The notes under the pieces: model-generated
What the model was told of the DNA's origin: nothing
Database searches by the model: none
Seen by the model: the letters and a program-made list of their open reading frames with translations, nothing else
Virus record (IMG/VR): IMGVR_UViG_3300049061_000067
Span: 9-64,008 of that record
Origin: a virus
Reading direction: 5' to 3' (one strand)
Length of the DNA stretch: 64,000 nucleotides
Made by a program: the position numbers and the translations under genes
Shown: piece after piece, positions 27,114 through 36,847 of the stretch
How positions within the stretch are numbered: the stretch's first letter is position 1
Layout of the letters: every line of letters starts with the position of its first letter

Positions 27114-28654
27114 GATTTCATAAACTCTCGCATCTGCTCTTCCATCGACTGCATCATTCGATCCACGTCAGCAAACTTTGCCAGCGAGGCAGGGTCAGTG
27201 GGCGTCACTGGTTTTGGCTCCTGTGAACCGTCACCCATTGCAATAACCTGCTCGGGGCTGGTAGGAGTGCTAAGCGATGGAATAATTCTGTACTCGCCAA
27301 GTGGTTTGCCTACCGGCTTAAGCCCGCATGCTGATAGCGCTTGGTCGTAGGTAATTAATCCGGCATTGAATTGCTGCACGGTACGCTTAACCACCGCATC
27401 CTTGTCCTCTTCCAACACGCGCACGTTGGACGTGTCAAACCAGAATTCAGCATCGTCAAGGTCGTCAAACTCAGGCTTCAATTGCCAGTTGATCTCCTCG
27501 GCCCAAGTGGTTTGCAGTGGGATGATTACTTCCTCGTAGCCTTGCTGGCGGGCCTGCTCACTGGAAGCGTAGCTGGTGCCGTTCTGCAAACCGACCAACA
27601 GGCCCAGCGTCGTAGCCGGGATCTGGAGGACCGCCGCCACACGTGATTCAGGGATTAAGCGCAGTGCTGACAGGTCCAACTCCTGCGGACTAAACCCCAC
27701 CTTCTCGAAGTCAATTGGCTCACTGAACACAACAGGCTCGCCAGCGTGATCGCCGGTGGTTTTGCGCAGCCAGCCTTCCTTCATGGCGGCAGCCTTAGTG
27801 GCGTCAACCCTGACTTCCTTGTCCTTGGGCGAGATCACCGGCACCTGAATGCCCATATTGCGCATGATGGCGGCAGTGAACTGGGCCATCTTATCGTCGC
27901 CGTAGAGTTCCTTAACAAGGGGCTCAAGCGGACTGCGCGTGCGCCGGTTTTCCATCAGTGGCCCACGTTTCAGGTGCAGCACGTCGGCGGCAGGCCATAG
28001 CTCAGGTGCCTTGCCGGGCACGTCAAACTGGTAGTGGCTGATGAAGGGGTCAAGGTTGGCTTCCTGGGGCACGGGAGGCGAACCATTGTCGCCGGGCCAG
28101 CGTGGACGTATCAGGTAGTGGGGAATGTGCCAGAGTTCGACTACCTGACTGGTCACACTGCGCACCTTTTTGAAGCGCACGCCACCGTCAACCCACCAGT
28201 CGACTGATGCAGCATGCGAGTAGTTGGCCCAGACGTGATGCTTGTTGGGGCGACGGATGAGTTGAGCGAGAGGATGCAGCGGGTCGATTGCAACGTCACC
28301 GGCTTTGTTGGTGCGGCGGATTACGGGCTGGGCTTCAGGCAGCCGCGTGCCGGTGTAGTTGAACACGCAGGCAACCAGCGAGTGGCCGTCGAGTGCGCCT
28401 ACTTCGCGGCGATAGTCAATAGCCGACGTTGGGCCTCGATGCCGAAAGCGATAGTCAATGAAGTTGTCGTACGTGGCGGCTGCGGATGAGAAGTCAGGTG
28501 GTGCGGTAGCAGCGGCTTTCTGCTCGCGAGGCAACAGTGCGCGATAGGCGGTTGTGACACGCTTGATTAGACTGAATTCAGCCATTGAGGCCTCACTTCT
28601 TTCTGTCCAGATGGCGGTCAAACCAATAATAGAAGGCAACCAGACTTCCGACAA
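27110..28654 (-). CDS. Portal protein
   Basis: 514 aa, immediately downstream of TerL. Composition is typical of a portal protein. Confidence 0.65.
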   Translation of the reverse strand: MSEVWLPSIIGLTAIWTERSEASMAEFSLIKRVTTAYRALLPREQKAAATAPPDFSSAAATYDNFIDYRFRHRGPTSAIDYRREVGALDGHSLVACVFNYTGTRLPEAQPVIRRTNKAGDVAIDPLHPLAQLIRRPNKHHVWANYSHAASVDWWVDGGVRFKKVRSVTSQVVELWHIPHYLIRPRWPGDNGSPPVPQEANLDPFISHYQFDVPGKAPELWPAADVLHLKRGPLMENRRTRSPLEPLVKELYGDDKMAQFTAAIMRNMGIQVPVISPKDKEVRVDATKAAAMKEGWLRKTTGDHAGEPVVFSEPIDFEKVGFSPQELDLSALRLIPESRVAAVLQIPATTLGLLVGLQNGTSYASSEQARQQGYEEVIIPLQTTWAEEINWQLKPEFDDLDDAEFWFDTSNVRVLEEDKDAVVKRTVQQFNAGLITYDQALSACGLKPVGKPLGEYRIIPSLSTPTSPEQVIAMGDGSQEPKPVTPTDPASLAKFADVDRMMQSMEEQMREFMKS

Positions 28655-28706
28655 TTATAGCGAGTCCAATAGCAGTGAGAACGATGTTCCCGACAATCAT
28701 AGCCAC

Positions 28707-30044
28707 TTAGTACATCTCCAGTTCACGTGATGCTTGCGCCAGTCCCAGTTCTGTCATGGCCCACACCATTGCATCCATGCGGTTTGGGCTGGCATCTCCC
28801 GGCGTCCACAGGCACATCTCGTCTTCCAGTTGCGCAAAGTTCCTGCCTACATGATGTGCGCGTCCATGCTCGTACACGCTGGCAATAGGTTCTGCTCGCG
28901 TTTGCTTGCCGCGCGAGGCGTGCACTAATTTAACACGAATGCTTGGGTCAACCGTAGAAATTGTCAGGGAAACCATTTCACCGCCATTGTTCGCTTCGGC
29001 AACAATGCAATTGGCTTGGTGGTGGTGATAAGCCTTGACTGCTGCTGTAGCCCAGGTCTTGGGCGAACCTTGCACGGAGTTGTCAGCAATAACGTAGCCA
29101 ATATTCGCCGTCTTGCCTGCGGTGATAATGCCTGCTTCGTCGCCGGTTGAACTGGCGCTTGGATCGATAGCAACCACAATGCGATCCAGGTCCGGCGCTT
29201 CGTCAACTCGCAGGGACTCGATCAACTCACGCTTCCACAGTGCTCCCGGCGCTTCGTCAACGTCTTCGGCCTCAATCTCCATGCGATAAGCCAGCGCCGT
29301 CATATCGTCGCTGATTTCACTAAGCGCTTCCTTGCTGAGATACGGGTTGTCGTGCGAGGTGAAGTGAAAAGCTGCGTAGCGCACGCTGGTTAACGCCTCA
29401 CGCTGATATTTCTTGAATAGCTTGCCTGCATGTTGCGGGTCATTGGCTTTGCTAACGGAGCGTGAATGCAAGCTCGGCGGCGTGTAGATGAACACTGCAT
29501 CACCGTCGTTATCAAGCAGCATTGGAGCGCCGACCAGACCCCATGCATCCTCATTCATCAACTGCCATTCGTCAAGGTACAAGTCGTCAGCATAGTCGCC
29601 GCGCAATGAGTCGGCGTTCCATGCGGTCTTAGCGCGAATGCGCTGCTCGGTGCCGGGAATCTCCAGCGTGTGGTAGGTTTCGTTTTTAACCACCTGACCC
29701 GCGTCGATGGCCGGTTGCAGTGCGCGCACCACCGTCACCCAATAGCGATGGATCTGTTCTTGTGTTGGTGCTGCGTAAAGCTGCCTGCGCCCTTTGAGGA
29801 AGCGCTTGACCGAGCGAATTGCAACGCCAACTGTCTTGCCGCCACGACGTCCGGCACGGACCACAATGCGCTTGGCGGTGGAGTCGACGAAGGCTTGTTG
29901 TTTAGGGTGATCGGCGGTAGCGGGAAGGTTGACAAGGAGTTCAGTTGATCGCTTTGCTCTCAGCACTCGGAGAAATATCGGCTTCTCTTCCGGCGTCAAG
30001 GTTTGCCATCTCTGCCTCAAATTGTCGGTCAAGTTCTGAGACAT
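28707..30044 (-). CDS. Terminase large subunit
   Basis: Walker A VRAGRRGGKT. ATPase plus C-terminal nuclease-like half. 445 aa. Confidence 0.8.
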   Translation of the reverse strand: MSQNLTDNLRQRWQTLTPEEKPIFLRVLRAKRSTELLVNLPATADHPKQQAFVDSTAKRIVVRAGRRGGKTVGVAIRSVKRFLKGRRQLYAAPTQEQIHRYWVTVVRALQPAIDAGQVVKNETYHTLEIPGTEQRIRAKTAWNADSLRGDYADDLYLDEWQLMNEDAWGLVGAPMLLDNDGDAVFIYTPPSLHSRSVSKANDPQHAGKLFKKYQREALTSVRYAAFHFTSHDNPYLSKEALSEISDDMTALAYRMEIEAEDVDEAPGALWKRELIESLRVDEAPDLDRIVVAIDPSASSTGDEAGIITAGKTANIGYVIADNSVQGSPKTWATAAVKAYHHHQANCIVAEANNGGEMVSLTISTVDPSIRVKLVHASRGKQTRAEPIASVYEHGRAHHVGRNFAQLEDEMCLWTPGDASPNRMDAMVWAMTELGLAQASRELEMY

Positions 30045-30348
30045 CTATTGGCAGTCTATCACGACGAGCAAAGTCCTGTGGAAAACGACGTTCCAGTTTC
30101 CATGCAGCGGCTTGCCAGTTGCCATTGTTGGCGGCTGTCTCAATAACCGTAAGCCAGTTTTGTACACCTTGACCTTCAGCTTCTTTTACGGCTTCGGCAA
30201 ATTCGGAATAGCGCTTACGCCACTCAATGAAGGTGTCAACATGGATTCCTGCTGCATTGCAAGCCTGATTAAACGGCGCACCGAGACGAATGGCGTCAAG
30301 GATCTTCTGCGTGATTTCAGGTGTGTACTTGGTCGGTCTGCCGCTCAT
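29941..30348 (-). CDS. Terminase small subunit
   Basis: N-terminal HTH (KYTPEITQKILDAIRLGAPFNQACNAAGIHVDTFIEWRKRY) is typical of TerS. Overlaps the TerL start. Confidence 0.55.
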   Translation of the reverse strand: MSGRPTKYTPEITQKILDAIRLGAPFNQACNAAGIHVDTFIEWRKRYSEFAEAVKEAEGQGVQNWLTVIETAANNGNWQAAAWKLERRFPQDFARRDRLPIDVSELDRQFEAEMANLDAGREADISPSAESKAIN

Positions 30349-30353
30349 CTCTG

Positions 30354-30560
30354 CTATCCTACTGACTTACGCGGCTTCCGGCCCGCTCGCTGCATGTTGG
30401 GATTAGGCTCGAACTTCGCCAGATCACCCAACCGAATGCGTACCGCACTGACTCGCGTGTTGACTGTCTTTAACTTACCCGCGTCAATTGCCGCGTAGAT
30501 CGCCTGCCGTGAGACGCCCTTGAGCTCCGCTGCCTCGGTGATTGTAACCAACTCGCCCAT
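30354..30560 (-). CDS. HTH_17 / excisionase-AlpA-like DNA-binding protein
   Basis: ITEAAELKGVSRQAIYAAIDAGKL is an HTH. Paralogue at 33321-33557. Confidence 0.5.
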   Translation of the reverse strand: MGELVTITEAAELKGVSRQAIYAAIDAGKLKTVNTRVSAVRIRLGDLAKFEPNPNMQRAGRKPRKSVG

Positions 30561-30662
30561 TGATGAACCATGCTAGCGCCTGAGAAGAAAATAGTCAAGG
30601 GTAAATTATTTGCTGAATAAACGCTTGACACGCGTAAATAATTAGCGTAGGATGGCTTCACT
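30561..30662. promoter_or_regulatory. Divergent sigma70-type promoters: rightward TTGACA-17-TAGGAT (30625-30653) and leftward TTGACT-17-TAGCAT (30598-30570), with an AT-rich near-palindrome between them
   Basis: Seen directly. Consensus hexamers with ideal 17-bp spacers. Confidence 0.45.
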
Positions 30663-30851
30663 ATGACGCATGTGAATATAACAACTGATGTAGCTTCTGA
30701 GCGCTTACCAGAGTGCCCACCTGATTGCTTAAACACAAAGACAGGCAACTGTCCACGTTGTTACGAGTTTACAGGTGACGGTTGTGCGCATGGTCCAGTT
30801 TGCGAGAACTGTCAAGACGATTTGAAGGGTCGAGATGATGGCAAAGGTTGA
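30663..30851 (+). CDS. Cys-rich small protein (62 aa)
   Basis: ORF track. Immediately downstream of the rightward promoter. Confidence 0.4.
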   Translation: MTHVNITTDVASERLPECPPDCLNTKTGNCPRCYEFTGDGCAHGPVCENCQDDLKGRDDGKG

Positions 30852-31050
30852 AATCACTTATGAATTAGCAATGGCTGCCGGACGCGATGCAGGCAATCGT
30901 TCCATGCGCGAGGGACGGCGAACCAAGTGGGCGGTCAAGGACTGGAATACGGCCTGTGAGACGTTTGAGCGGCTGTATGGCAAGCCTAAGCCGCGTCAGC
31001 GCCGTAAAAACGCCACTGAGCGCGATTCTGCGAGCGTGGCGGGTATCTGA
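30835..31050 (+). CDS. Hypothetical basic protein
   Basis: ORF track. Confidence 0.35.
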   Translation: MMAKVEITYELAMAAGRDAGNRSMREGRRTKWAVKDWNTACETFERLYGKPKPRQRRKNATERDSASVAGI

Positions 31051-31072
31051 GGACTGGAGTCAGGGAGGCAAA

Positions 31073-31297
31073 ATGACAACAAGCGATATAGTTAGCAGTA
31101 TCATCAACCTGCTCCGTGAAGGCTCAGACGGCATTGGCGGCGACTGGGGATGCGATGAAGCCGTGGAAGCGGTGCAAAAGCTGGTAGCAGCATCAGAACG
31201 TCGCCGCTACTGCCCCCGCTGCGGCTGCTCGCTTACCAGCACGGATTATGAGGCTGGGAGATGTACGCAGTGCGGGCACAAGTTGGCGCGGTCATAG
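31073..31297 (+). CDS. Zn-ribbon protein (C-P-R-C-G-C ... C-T-Q-C-G-H)
   Basis: RBS CAGGGAGGCAAAATG. Start refined from the ORF track. Confidence 0.4.
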   Translation: MTTSDIVSSIINLLREGSDGIGGDWGCDEAVEAVQKLVAASERRRYCPRCGCSLTSTDYEAGRCTQCGHKLARS

Positions 31298-31741
31298 GTG
31301 AAAGCCTTTGCGCGTAAAAGTTAGACTTAAAACCGCGCTTGGAAAGTAAAACGACGGATAAGTGTCAATTGATACCTGCAAATCGTGCGTATTACAAAAC
31401 TCCAACGTCTCACCTAAACCATCAAGGCTCAGTCCATATGGTTGCGACAGAATAGCAACGGTCTTCCCGCCCAACTTCCATTCGCTCAAGTGATCGCCAT
31501 ATGGAATACTCGGGCAATCCATGCCGTAACCAGAACATCGTTTACCCTTGAGACGGTTGACGCAAACATGACCGCCTACAGATCGCTGTTGCAAATTGCG
31601 GGTCTTTTTGAAGCTTTCCAAGAGACGTGTACAAGTGGCTTCCGCATAGGCCGGTTCGGTTTCATTGAGCGGAAGGGCCTGTAATGCTCTCACTGCTGCC
31701 CGATATTCCACCGATTGAGTGCTATTAAACCGTGAAATCAT
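31292..31741 (-). CDS. Hypothetical protein (149 aa)
   Basis: ORF track. Confidence 0.4.
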   Translation of the reverse strand: MISRFNSTQSVEYRAAVRALQALPLNETEPAYAEATCTRLLESFKKTRNLQQRSVGGHVCVNRLKGKRCSGYGMDCPSIPYGDHLSEWKLGGKTVAILSQPYGLSLDGLGETLEFCNTHDLQVSIDTYPSFYFPSAVLSLTFTRKGFHL

Positions 31742-32003
31742 AGGCCAAAACCCTCTCTCGGACAGTTTTCACTAAAATACTGTCCGCCGTAAACCTAATA
31801 GTCACATGCAAATACCTTGGGTCGGACAGAATAGGGGTAGGGTCAAATCGCTCCTCCATGCGCATGCGCGCGCGTATGAGAACTTTCATATTACCTGTCC
31901 AATCTGTCCGAGAAGTGTATTAACCAATGAAAACGGGCCTTTGAACCGGACACTTTGCCAAAAACAACTGTCCGGCAACTGTCCGAACTGTCCGTTGAAC
32001 ACG
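31742..32003. repeat. Iteron-like cluster: at least 8 copies of ACTGTCCG/CGGACAGT, including a perfect 8-bp inverted repeat CGGACAGT-N12-ACTGTCCG, plus the alternating-GC tract CATGCGCATGCGCGCGCGTATG
   Basis: Seen directly in the intergenic region next to the primase gene. Confidence 0.5.
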
Positions 32004-33308
32004 TTAAAGAGGTTTGAATCCTTCATACCATGAGCCGTCTGAGCGGCGATAGCGGAAGCCAAGGCGCTCAAGTTCATCCTTAAGCTTCCTTGTGGTTAGC
32101 GTGTAACGGTAGCCGTTTGCCGAGCACCAGCTAAAGTAGGCGCCGTGGACTTCGGCGGTTTGTTCACGGTGCTCGACGGCTTTTTGGTAACGATCCTCAA
32201 GGAACAACGCAACATGGTCGTTATCTTTGTGAAACTCCTGCGATGCGATGCGTACGGAGAGTGGCACGTCAAAATGACCGCGCTCGCGTAAACGTCGCAG
32301 CCCTGTCAAAAATACGTTAACCATTGCTTGCCCGTTGGCAATTATTTCCTGTTTGATTTGCGGCTGAATCTCCACGTCCAAGGGCGGCAGTTTTACGATG
32401 TCAGTGCGGCGGAATATCCCATTGTCGGCATCGTGGATGTAGGGTAGGTGATTCATTGCGCACAGCAACTTGCAACGTGGCGTCAGGTCATATCCGGGTT
32501 GCCCTTTTTGCTCAACCCGTACTGCTTCGCCGCTAATGATACGATTGATAACTGTGGTACAATAGGCATTCTTGACAGGCGGGGCTTCTGAGGCGATAGC
32601 AAGCGTTTTGCCTGCCAGATTCACTAGACCAAAGCGATTGCTGATGTCTGCCGGCGACAGCGTTACCCATCGCTGCGGACCTAGGGCTGCCTGTACTGCT
32701 TCGATAAACGTGCCCTTGCCACAGTTCGGAGGCCCAACCAGCCAGACGGACTTTTCAAACCTTGTGTCCGTGGTCAGGCATAAACCGCCAAACTCTTCGG
32801 TAAACATGCGCACTTCGGCGTCAATGCGTTCGCCCCATTTAGCCCATGCGTCTGACTTAGCCGCAGGGTCGTAATTGAACGGGAGCTTGCTGGTTGCGTA
32901 ATACTTTGGCGAATGCGGCAGGCGTTGAAACGTGTTCAGGTCCAATACACAGTCGTTAAACAGCAGCACGTCCGGGTTGTTGTCAAACTGTTCGTCAGGC
33001 ACCGCACGATAGTCACGCACGAGATCTGAAACACTGGCAATGGCTGCCGACGTCACCTGAAAGTGCTTGTCATCTTCCGCCAGCGATGCTATCTCTTTGC
33101 GGATTCGCAACCCCGGCACCTCGAGGAACACGCCGTCTTTATAGCGAAAGAAACGACCCTGCCCGTAAATTACCGTCTTATGTGCCTGTAGATAGCGGTT
33201 GCGCATCCACAAGTGCGGTGAGAACGCCTTGATCTCCGAGGACGCATCAGCGGCAGGCGGGGTGTTGCCAGCCTTGCCCTTACCGGGTTTAGGGGATTTT
33301 CCTGCCAT
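32004..33308 (-). CDS. DNA primase/helicase, P4/D5 family (SF3 NTPase)
   Basis: Walker A LVGPPNCGKGTF. ~430 aa. An N-terminal D5_N-like region precedes the NTPase. Confidence 0.65.
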   Translation of the reverse strand: MAGKSPKPGKGKAGNTPPAADASSEIKAFSPHLWMRNRYLQAHKTVIYGQGRFFRYKDGVFLEVPGLRIRKEIASLAEDDKHFQVTSAAIASVSDLVRDYRAVPDEQFDNNPDVLLFNDCVLDLNTFQRLPHSPKYYATSKLPFNYDPAAKSDAWAKWGERIDAEVRMFTEEFGGLCLTTDTRFEKSVWLVGPPNCGKGTFIEAVQAALGPQRWVTLSPADISNRFGLVNLAGKTLAIASEAPPVKNAYCTTVINRIISGEAVRVEQKGQPGYDLTPRCKLLCAMNHLPYIHDADNGIFRRTDIVKLPPLDVEIQPQIKQEIIANGQAMVNVFLTGLRRLRERGHFDVPLSVRIASQEFHKDNDHVALFLEDRYQKAVEHREQTAEVHGAYFSWCSANGYRYTLTTRKLKDELERLGFRYRRSDGSWYEGFKPL

Positions 33309-33320
33309 GTGTGGCGAGTG

Positions 33321-33557
33321 TTACTTGTGACCGTTGCCGTTGGACTGCGCTGGTTTAGGTGAAAGCCTTTGTCTGCGACGTGGCGGGTAAAGCTCCCTGC
33401 GCCGCAAAACCTCAGACTCCGGGATAATAAGGGTTGGGCCGATTTTCTTCCAGTTCTTGAGCAGATCCCCGCCGGTAAGCTGGCGCACACGCTGATGCGA
33501 CACGCCAAGCACTTTAGCGGCCTCTTTTACAGTCAGGTATCCCGGAATGATGTTCAC
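33321..33557 (-). CDS. HTH_17 / excisionase-AlpA-like DNA-binding protein
   Basis: LTVKEAAKVLGVSHQRVRQLTGGDLL is an HTH. Directly upstream of the primase gene. Confidence 0.5.
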   Translation of the reverse strand: MNIIPGYLTVKEAAKVLGVSHQRVRQLTGGDLLKNWKKIGPTLIIPESEVLRRRELYPPRRRQRLSPKPAQSNGNGHK

Positions 33558-33622
33558 GGCTTGGCAGTTTACTCTTGTTTATAGCAAAACCGCAAGAGCT
33601 AAAATTTATTTCATCAAACCCC

Positions 33623-33651
33623 TTGACAGACTCTTGCAGACGCGCTAGACT
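33623..33651 (+). promoter_or_regulatory. Consensus sigma70 promoter TTGACA-17-TAGACT, early rightward
   Basis: Seen directly, about 30 bp upstream of 33684. The inverted repeat ACTCTTG...CAAGAG lies in the same intergenic region. Confidence 0.5.
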
Positions 33652-33683
33652 GCGCTCAACTTGAAACGAGGGAGAGAGACGCG

Positions 33684-33914
33684 ATGGCAACGATAACTTT
33701 CAACGAAGTCGCGATTCACGGTATGAAGTTGGTTAAGTGCGTTGGCGGTTGCGGTCGGACGCTGAAGCGTTCGCGCAAGTTCTGGCAGACGCTTAGTCCC
33801 TTCAATAAGAAAGCGTCCGGCGAACTGAAAAGCAGGGACGAGATTTACGAGGAACTGACGGCAGAGCGTAAGGCGTGGATCGCGGAGTCTGAAACGTGTA
33901 AACATTGCGGCTGA
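33684..33914 (+). CDS. Zn-ribbon protein (76 aa)
   Basis: CVGGCGRT...CKHCG. Confidence 0.45.
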   Translation: MATITFNEVAIHGMKLVKCVGGCGRTLKRSRKFWQTLSPFNKKASGELKSRDEIYEELTAERKAWIAESETCKHCG

Positions 33915-34415
33915 GGGAGAGAGAACAATCGGTCGCATGTATCTGACCATCACATAACCTTGAAACGGGAGGGATGGGAGCGATGAATCGTAACGCAACA
34001 ATTCGACTTACAGCAAAAGATAAGGCGGCTGCAAGGGCAGCAACGTTAGGCACTCACGGCACGATTCAGCGTGACGGCACTCTTTGAATCATTATGACCG
34101 TGGTGCGGTCGCACTACAATGGAAAACCGGCAACGCGAGAGAGGATTTATGCCACTGGAAACGCTATCGCAGAGTGGGTCGGACTGGACAGTTGGATCGA
34201 CATCCCGCTGATGCAATACCCAGAGCGTGTAGCCGAGTTTCACCAAATGATTCAGAGCGCTGATTAATTCTTGTGCTCACAAGGAAAAAAACAATGGCTG
34301 ACAACGACAACAAAGTTCAATGCGCCGACTGCTGGCAATGGATTAAGCGCGACGAGAACCATACGTGCAAGCAGCAGATGCGGCGCAATCAGAGGCAGGC
34401 AAAGGAGCAGAAACA

Positions 34416-34793
34416 ATGTTGACTGATAATGAGAAAATCGTGCTGCTCAACGCCGTAATTGACCGCGCTCGCGCCGACCTGAACGACGGCAAGCCGTTGA
34501 CGGAGATGGCGCACGATGCTGGCGTTGAGCAGCGTATCCTGACTGCTATCAAACAGGACCAGCGTCTTGCATCGTTGACGGTGGTACGAGCAGCGATTGC
34601 CGACGTGCTGGATGTGGGGCCTCCCTCTATTTATGGTCGCAAGTGCTATTGGTTATTTGACCATGAAGATGAAGGAGAATGTGAGTCAAAGACCCGTGCT
34701 CAGTTTATTGACGCCATCTGCCAACGCATCACCCAACTCCAGCAGCCACCACACAACATGGATGGCGAGCGATCGACAAAGGAGCGGTTGTGA
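34416..34793 (+). CDS. Hypothetical protein
   Basis: Start refined to ATG 34416, which overlaps the stop of a 42-aa Cys/Trp micro-ORF (34294-34422). Confidence 0.4.
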   Translation: MLTDNEKIVLLNAVIDRARADLNDGKPLTEMAHDAGVEQRILTAIKQDQRLASLTVVRAAIADVLDVGPPSIYGRKCYWLFDHEDEGECESKTRAQFIDAICQRITQLQQPPHNMDGERSTKERL

Positions 34794-35032
34794 TGAGCGA
34801 CAACGATAGACCTGACCCGCTTTGCGTCGGCTGCGGCAAGACGCCAAGCGAATTGAGAGAGTACGTCGATGCTGCCAGCGAAGAGGCAAGCGGCGTGGTT
34901 GATATGACACCTGACGACTATGTTTGGCAGGAGGAAGGTACGTTGAATCGCGAGAACGGCCACTTCCTTTGCACGCCCTGTTACATCAAGGCAGGCATGC
35001 CGTCGTCACCGAGAGGGTGGGTTGCGCCGTGA
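34790..35032 (+). CDS. Zn-binding small protein
   Basis: CVGCGK...CTPC. Confidence 0.4.
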   Translation: MMSDNDRPDPLCVGCGKTPSELREYVDAASEEASGVVDMTPDDYVWQEEGTLNRENGHFLCTPCYIKAGMPSSPRGWVAP

Positions 35033-35412
35033 CAACTAAGATGGACCAAGAATGGAAAGAGAAGTGGGTTGCCGCGCTGCGGTCCGGCGAATTCACGCAG
35101 GAATTTGGCGTACTAAAAGCAGGGGATTCATGCGGTTGCTGCTTATACGTGCTAACAGAACTTGTAAGACAGGAACATCCTGACGTTGGCAGGTGGGGCG
35201 AAGGCTCCTACGAGGACACGGGAGACTTCTTGTACGAACGCGAAGACGGGCATGAAAAAGCGGCAGACGGCGAACTGGCCCCGGCTATTCAAACCGTAGT
35301 TGGTCTCTGTGACGGTGATCCGCTAATCGGAGACATGACTGCTATCACTTTGAACGACACGTACAAAGCATCCTTCGCGGAGATTGCTGACAGAATTGAG
35401 AGGTATCTATGA
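35029..35412 (+). CDS. Hypothetical protein
   Basis: GTG start overlaps the upstream stop. SD sequence GAGAGGGTGGG. Confidence 0.4.
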   Translation: MTTKMDQEWKEKWVAALRSGEFTQEFGVLKAGDSCGCCLYVLTELVRQEHPDVGRWGEGSYEDTGDFLYEREDGHEKAADGELAPAIQTVVGLCDGDPLIGDMTAITLNDTYKASFAEIADRIERYL

Positions 35413-35571
35413 CCATCACCCGCAACACCGTTGCGTATGATTCAATTGACTACGAAGCAGAAGCTGAGCGCCTGTATCGTGATCTTACCAAGCTGGTGAC
35501 TGACGAATACGAACTGGCTGACATTGAGGCTGCACTACTGTATGAGACGGAGGCCAGCGGTGATAACTGAA
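35410..35571 (+). CDS. Small acidic protein (53 aa)
   Basis: ATGA overlap and GAGAGG Shine-Dalgarno sequence. Confidence 0.3.
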
Positions 35572-35961
35572 ACTGTTGCGCATGATTCAGCGACTTGCAC
35601 GTTAGGCGCTGATGGCGGGCACTGTGAGATGTGCGTGTGGGCTACCTCTCTGATTACTAACGCGATTAACGAACACGACGCTGAGCGAAGGCTTGTCGAG
35701 CAATCCGCCACCGCCATTCACGCTCGCCGCCGCGCACTGCTGGAACGCGCTGCACCTAACGCTCCCACTGACGGCGCTGTGGCCTTGGCCCATGCTTACC
35801 TTGCTGACGAAGCTTGGTTTCAGCGGTTGCCGGACAACGCGGCGGAGGATCGGTTCGTAGAGTTACTGGCCCGACAAGTCGATACCACAATTGAGTACTG
35901 GCTACAAGTGGTTCGCTGTGCTGACGAGCGCGAGCAACGCAGACTGCGGGAGGATGGATGA
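35542..35961 (+). CDS. Hypothetical protein
   Basis: ORF track frame. Exact start uncertain. Confidence 0.35.
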   Translation: MRRRPAVITETVAHDSATCTLGADGGHCEMCVWATSLITNAINEHDAERRLVEQSATAIHARRRALLERAAPNAPTDGAVALAHAYLADEAWFQRLPDNAAEDRFVELLARQVDTTIEYWLQVVRCADEREQRRLREDG

Positions 35962-36182
35962 TGGGCTTCAAGAGTGTGATTCTGACACTGACCGATGAAC
36001 AGCTTGCAACTATTGAGACAGCGGTAGACGACGATGTTCCCTTTGCCTTGATTGCACAACCGCAGATTCGCGGACTGTTTAGTGGTCAGCTTAGTGTCTA
36101 TGTTTGTACCAAAGAACAGTACGGCGTGCTAGATCCAGCAATCAAAATAGCGCGAGAGTATCCATCTTACGGAGGCGGTTAA
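35958..36182 (+). CDS. Hypothetical protein
   Basis: ORF track. Confidence 0.35.
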   Translation: MMGFKSVILTLTDEQLATIETAVDDDVPFALIAQPQIRGLFSGQLSVYVCTKEQYGVLDPAIKIAREYPSYGGG

Positions 36183-36308
36183 TGCGCCACTTCCCCGACT
36201 GGATTACCTACTGCCCGCGTCCCAGGCGTCGTCCATTATGGCGACGGGTATGGCGTGCGATTCAACGACGATTATGGTGGTAGGTGCAGCGACTGAGAAG
36301 CAAGAGAG

Positions 36309-36587
36309 TTGAGGCTGGCAATGGTGAAAGATAAGCAGTTCACGTTGTTCTGGAAGACAGGCGAGCGGCAAATCGTGAATGGCCGCAATGTAGCAGAGGC
36401 TATGACGCTTGCAGGTTATAGCGCGGGCGCACTTGGCGCTCTCGACTTCCACGCCGAAGGCGATTGCGATCGCTACGCATGGGATGCCGGTAAGCATTCG
36501 TGGGAGATTACGCCAGCGCATCCTGACTACGCCGCGTTTCAACTTGCCCGTGTTCAAATGGAAGCGCACAACCAGCATCACGAATGA
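36309..36587 (+). CDS. Hypothetical protein
   Basis: ORF track. Confidence 0.4.
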   Translation: MRLAMVKDKQFTLFWKTGERQIVNGRNVAEAMTLAGYSAGALGALDFHAEGDCDRYAWDAGKHSWEITPAHPDYAAFQLARVQMEAHNQHHE

Positions 36588-36847
36588 AATGGAGGCTACC
36601 AATGGCTGAGCAGGTGAAGATAACCACAGGCTACGTGGTCAAGGTCGAACCTGTCGAGAACGATTATAACTACCGCAATCGATTGATTATCACGGACAGC
36701 TCAGGCGAGCGTGATTACTGGGACGGCGGTGAACCGGAAGATAATAGTTTCATCCGTGACTGGTCATGGGTTGCTGACGAATTACGAAACGCCTACCTAC
36801 AGGGACGCGCAGACGCCGCAATTGCCGCCAGAGAAGGGACGGAATAG
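36584..36847 (+). CDS. Hypothetical protein
   Basis: ORF track. Confidence 0.4.
   Translation: MKWRLPMAEQVKITTGYVVKVEPVENDYNYRNRLIITDSSGERDYWDGGEPEDNSFIRDWSWVADELRNAYLQGRADAAIAAREGTE

Noticed and set aside
31806-32033. 75-aa plus-strand ORF across the iteron region
   Set aside because: It overlaps the repeat cluster and the primase 3' end. Its Cys/Pro-rich translation comes from the repeated CTGTCCG units.
36204-36602. 132-aa minus-strand ORF within the plus-strand early operon
   Set aside because: It is antisense to two well-supported plus-strand genes. No RBS and odd composition.
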